DNA of 28,608 nt, taken from NCBI GenBank assembly GCA_963836205.1, contig CAWIIV010000004.1, forward strand, positions 1 to 28,608, given 5' to 3'. The notes under the pieces were generated by a model. It saw only the letters and a program-made list of their open reading frames with translations, did no database searches and was not told the origin of the DNA. Numbering within the stretch: position 1 is the stretch's first letter; every line of letters starts with the position of its first letter. Position numbers and translations under genes: made by a program. Shown in pieces: positions 26,521 to 28,608 of the stretch. Origin of the DNA: an uncultured Acidimicrobiia bacterium. GTDB lineage: Bacteria > Actinomycetota > Acidimicrobiia > Acidimicrobiales > AC-14.

Positions 26521-27451
26521 TAGGACGGACTCACCCGGCCCTCGACATGGGCGGGCCCCGGTCGACCTGGCTGACCGCTGGGCGGCGGAGCAGACCGCGT
26601 ACGTTGCGGCGCTAGCGACGGCCCCACTGGCGGCCCAGACCCGCCGCACCTACGCCTCCAAGGCCCGCCAGTACTTGGCCTGGCTGGCGGTCGCCGAGGT
26701 CGATGGCGACCCCCTCGGGTCCAAGGACGGCCGGGACTGGGCGGTGCGGGACTACCGCAGCCACCTCCAGGCCACACTCAAGCGGAAACCGGCGACGGTG
26801 AACAGTGCTCTGGCGGCCGTGGACGACTTCTACACCCGGCGGGGCCTCGGGCCGGCCAGCGCGCTGCGCGTCGACCTACCAGATGCCGCACCCCGAGCGC
26901 TCAGCGCCCGGGCCCAGGTCCGGTATCTCCGAGCCGTCAGCGCTTGCCCGTCGCCCCGAGACCAGGCGCTTGCCCTCATCCCGTTTTATGCCGGCGCCCG
27001 CATCAGCGAGATCGTCGGTCTCGACGTGGACGACGTCCGGCTGTCTGCACGCAAGGGGATGCTTCGGATCTTCGGCAAGGGCGAGCGGGTCCGAGAGGTG
27101 CCGATCCACCCCAAGCTGGTCAAGGTGCTCACCGGGTGGCTCCGCGAGCGGCCTGACTGGCCCGGGAGCGACTCTGCGGCACTGTTCCTGAACCAGCGTC
27201 GTGGCCGCCTCAGCGTCAAGGCTGCGCACGACATCATTACTGGCATCTCCAGCGGGGCGGGGCTCGAAGACGAGATCACTGCCCACGTCCTGCGCCACAC
27301 ATTCGCCACGACGCTGGTGCGGGGCGGTACGGACCTCGTCATCGTCGCCGAGCTCCTGGGCCACGCCCGACTCGAGACCACCCGCGGCTACACCCGCCCC
27401 ACGGCAGCGGATCGCGCCCGGGCGCTCGACCTTCTCGCCGTTGACGAGTGA
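26462..27451 (+). CDS. Tyrosine recombinase (XerC/D-like, TnpI-type resolvase role); start uncertain
   Basis: N-terminal SAM-like domain (TRRTY...YLAWL, PATVN), YAGARISE (R), GKG (K), HVLRHT (HxxR), LLGH, TT.GY (Y). Confidence 0.92.
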   Translation: MASENTPHLPLAGADFASENRTDSPGPRHGRAPVDLADRWAAEQTAYVAALATAPLAAQTRRTYASKARQYLAWLAVAEVDGDPLGSKDGRDWAVRDYRSHLQATLKRKPATVNSALAAVDDFYTRRGLGPASALRVDLPDAAPRALSARAQVRYLRAVSACPSPRDQALALIPFYAGARISEIVGLDVDDVRLSARKGMLRIFGKGERVREVPIHPKLVKVLTGWLRERPDWPGSDSAALFLNQRRGRLSVKAAHDIITGISSGAGLEDEITAHVLRHTFATTLVRGGTDLVIVAELLGHARLETTRGYTRPTAADRARALDLLAVDE

Positions 27452-27692
27452 GATCAAATGGGTCCCCGGGCCGGCGACCCGGGGTTGCGGGTGGTGGGGC
27501 AGGGCCTTGCTTGGATCGAATGCTGCTCTCGGTTCGGCTGGGCCGCGCCGACAACTCCCACATCAGGTTCTGTCAGCACACTGGCTGGCACGCGTAACAA
27601 GCGCACGGCGTGCCCCGCCAGGGAGATGAGCGGCTCCACCAGTACCGCCGTTGCCCGTCCACACCCGCCCACACCCCGCCCGCCGAACGCCG

Positions 27693-27790
27693 GTGAGGAT
27701 CCTCGACCACCGCACCGAGCGGTCCAAGACCTTCACCCCCGGTACCCCCGGGCAGTTCCGCACGGGAGCTCTACGCCGAGCGATGCACTA
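27693..27790 (+). pseudogene. Possible degraded IS4-like transposase fragment
   Basis: With one frameshift it reads VRILDHR...PGQF/ARELYAER, loosely like IS4-family 'DP..FPA.EL..LY..RW'. Weak. Confidence 0.2.
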
Positions 27791-28003
27791 CAAGGACCCG
27801 GGGGCGTCTTAAGGGAGTAGGTGTCCGAAACACTCTTGACACGGGAAGGCGACCGAGCCAAGGTGACATGGGTTGGGCTGGGCCTACGGTGGAGGCGAGC
27901 GGACGTGGCCGGCTGCGTGTTGGTGATGCGTGAGGCGGTGCATCGATATGCGTCGCAACGTGCTGACCTTTCCCGGTTGTCCTGTGCCCTCGAAGATTAA
28001 GAA

Positions 28004-28543
28004 GTGGTAGAGAACAGCGTCCGTCTGTTCTTGGTTGCCCTTCTACTGCTCGCAGCTGGCGAGAAGCTGGTTGAGCTTCTTCGCAGAACAGATCGCTGGC
28101 ACCCACTAATAATTCAGTCACCGTTCCGTAGGCGACACTCGGCCTTGCTATTCGCCGGTTCAGCGTTGACCGAGGTTGCGATAGCAGGGGCGATCCTTGG
28201 AGGCATTCAACCATACGCTGGGTATGTTGCCGGCGCCTTGATACTTTCGTATTCGTGGTTAGCAGTGACGACGCCGGGCAATAGGCGTTCCAAGCCGCCA
28301 TGCCGGTGTGTTCATCGACTGCTGGACGCCCCCACGGTATCTGCCCTGGTTCTTCGGAATAGCCTGATAGTCATCCTGACGCTCTATGCTGCAGGCGGCG
28401 ATTCACCCGTCGCAATAACTGCCGAGTCGGTTGCGCTCTGTCTCACACTTCTAGCGTTCATCTCTGTCCTGATGCGCCTGTTCATTCCATTCGCATTAGC
28501 TGGCAACCATCATCTACCAAAGCAAAGCACCACTCTAGGGTGA
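28004..28543 (+). CDS. MauE/DoxX-like redox-associated membrane protein
   Basis: LLLLAAGEKL, TEVAIA, several TM helices, CxC (CRC) followed by LVLRN. Visibly lower GC than the host genes. Confidence 0.7.
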   Translation: MVENSVRLFLVALLLLAAGEKLVELLRRTDRWHPLIIQSPFRRRHSALLFAGSALTEVAIAGAILGGIQPYAGYVAGALILSYSWLAVTTPGNRRSKPPCRCVHRLLDAPTVSALVLRNSLIVILTLYAAGGDSPVAITAESVALCLTLLAFISVLMRLFIPFALAGNHHLPKQSTTLG

Positions 28544-28557
28544 CTGGAGCATCCATC

Positions 28558-28608
28558 ATGAACGAAGTAGCACAGTGGGCACTCCTTGTGACGATCAGTG
28601 TGCTTGTT
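28558..28608 (+). CDS. Start of a membrane-anchored protein, truncated by the window edge
   Basis: GGAG RBS followed by MNEVAQWALLVTISVLV. Confidence 0.5.
   Translation, partial: MNEVAQWALLVTISVLV

Larger units (their letters stand above)
22067..28608 (+). mobile_element. Tn3-family transposon with tyrosine-recombinase resolution system; right end beyond the window
   Basis: IR + TnpA + TA-like pair + resolution site + tyrosine recombinase. Including the cargo after 27.5 kb is inferred from the absence of a right IR. Confidence 0.7.

Noticed and set aside
27711-27748. GTACCCC as the right IR of the transposon
   Set aside because: Only the terminal 7 bp match contiguously, the internal TTTCG box is missing, and it is not followed by TCGAT.

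Overview
High-GC, actinobacterial-looking genomic window (Acidimicrobiia-like is my impression, not tested) in three parts. (1) 1-10.2 kb holds housekeeping and repair genes: a Gly-rich membrane protein, an AlkZ/YcaQ-type glycosylase, a UbiA prenyltransferase, an ABC half-transporter, a DUF222-HNH gene with a LexA box, ilvA and an SDR. Several of these are broken by single-base deletions that look like long-read errors. (2) 10.2-19.6 kb holds small Cys-rich ORFs and a group 1h (actinobacterial/group 5 type) [NiFe]-hydrogenase pair with no maturation genes. The pair is followed after only 18 bp by a soluble PAS histidine kinase, then by zf-UBP, cysteine desulfurase, MOSC, FmdE-like and F420:NADP oxidoreductase genes. 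(3) 19.6-28.6 kb is accessory DNA: a response-regulator relic, a lipoprotein, a MazEF-type TA pair, and the left part of a Tn3-family transposon. The transposon has a 38-bp IR, TnpA, a nucleotidyltransferase TA-like pair, a Tn4430-like IR1/IR2/DR1/DR2 resolution site, a tyrosine recombinase and lower-GC MauE-like cargo, and its right end is not in the window. The two best candidates for something new are the hydrogenase-kinase unit (possible H2 sensor built on a high-affinity uptake enzyme) and the Tn3/tyrosine-resolvase/nucleotidyltransferase element. All family calls come from motif recognition by eye, with no database searches.
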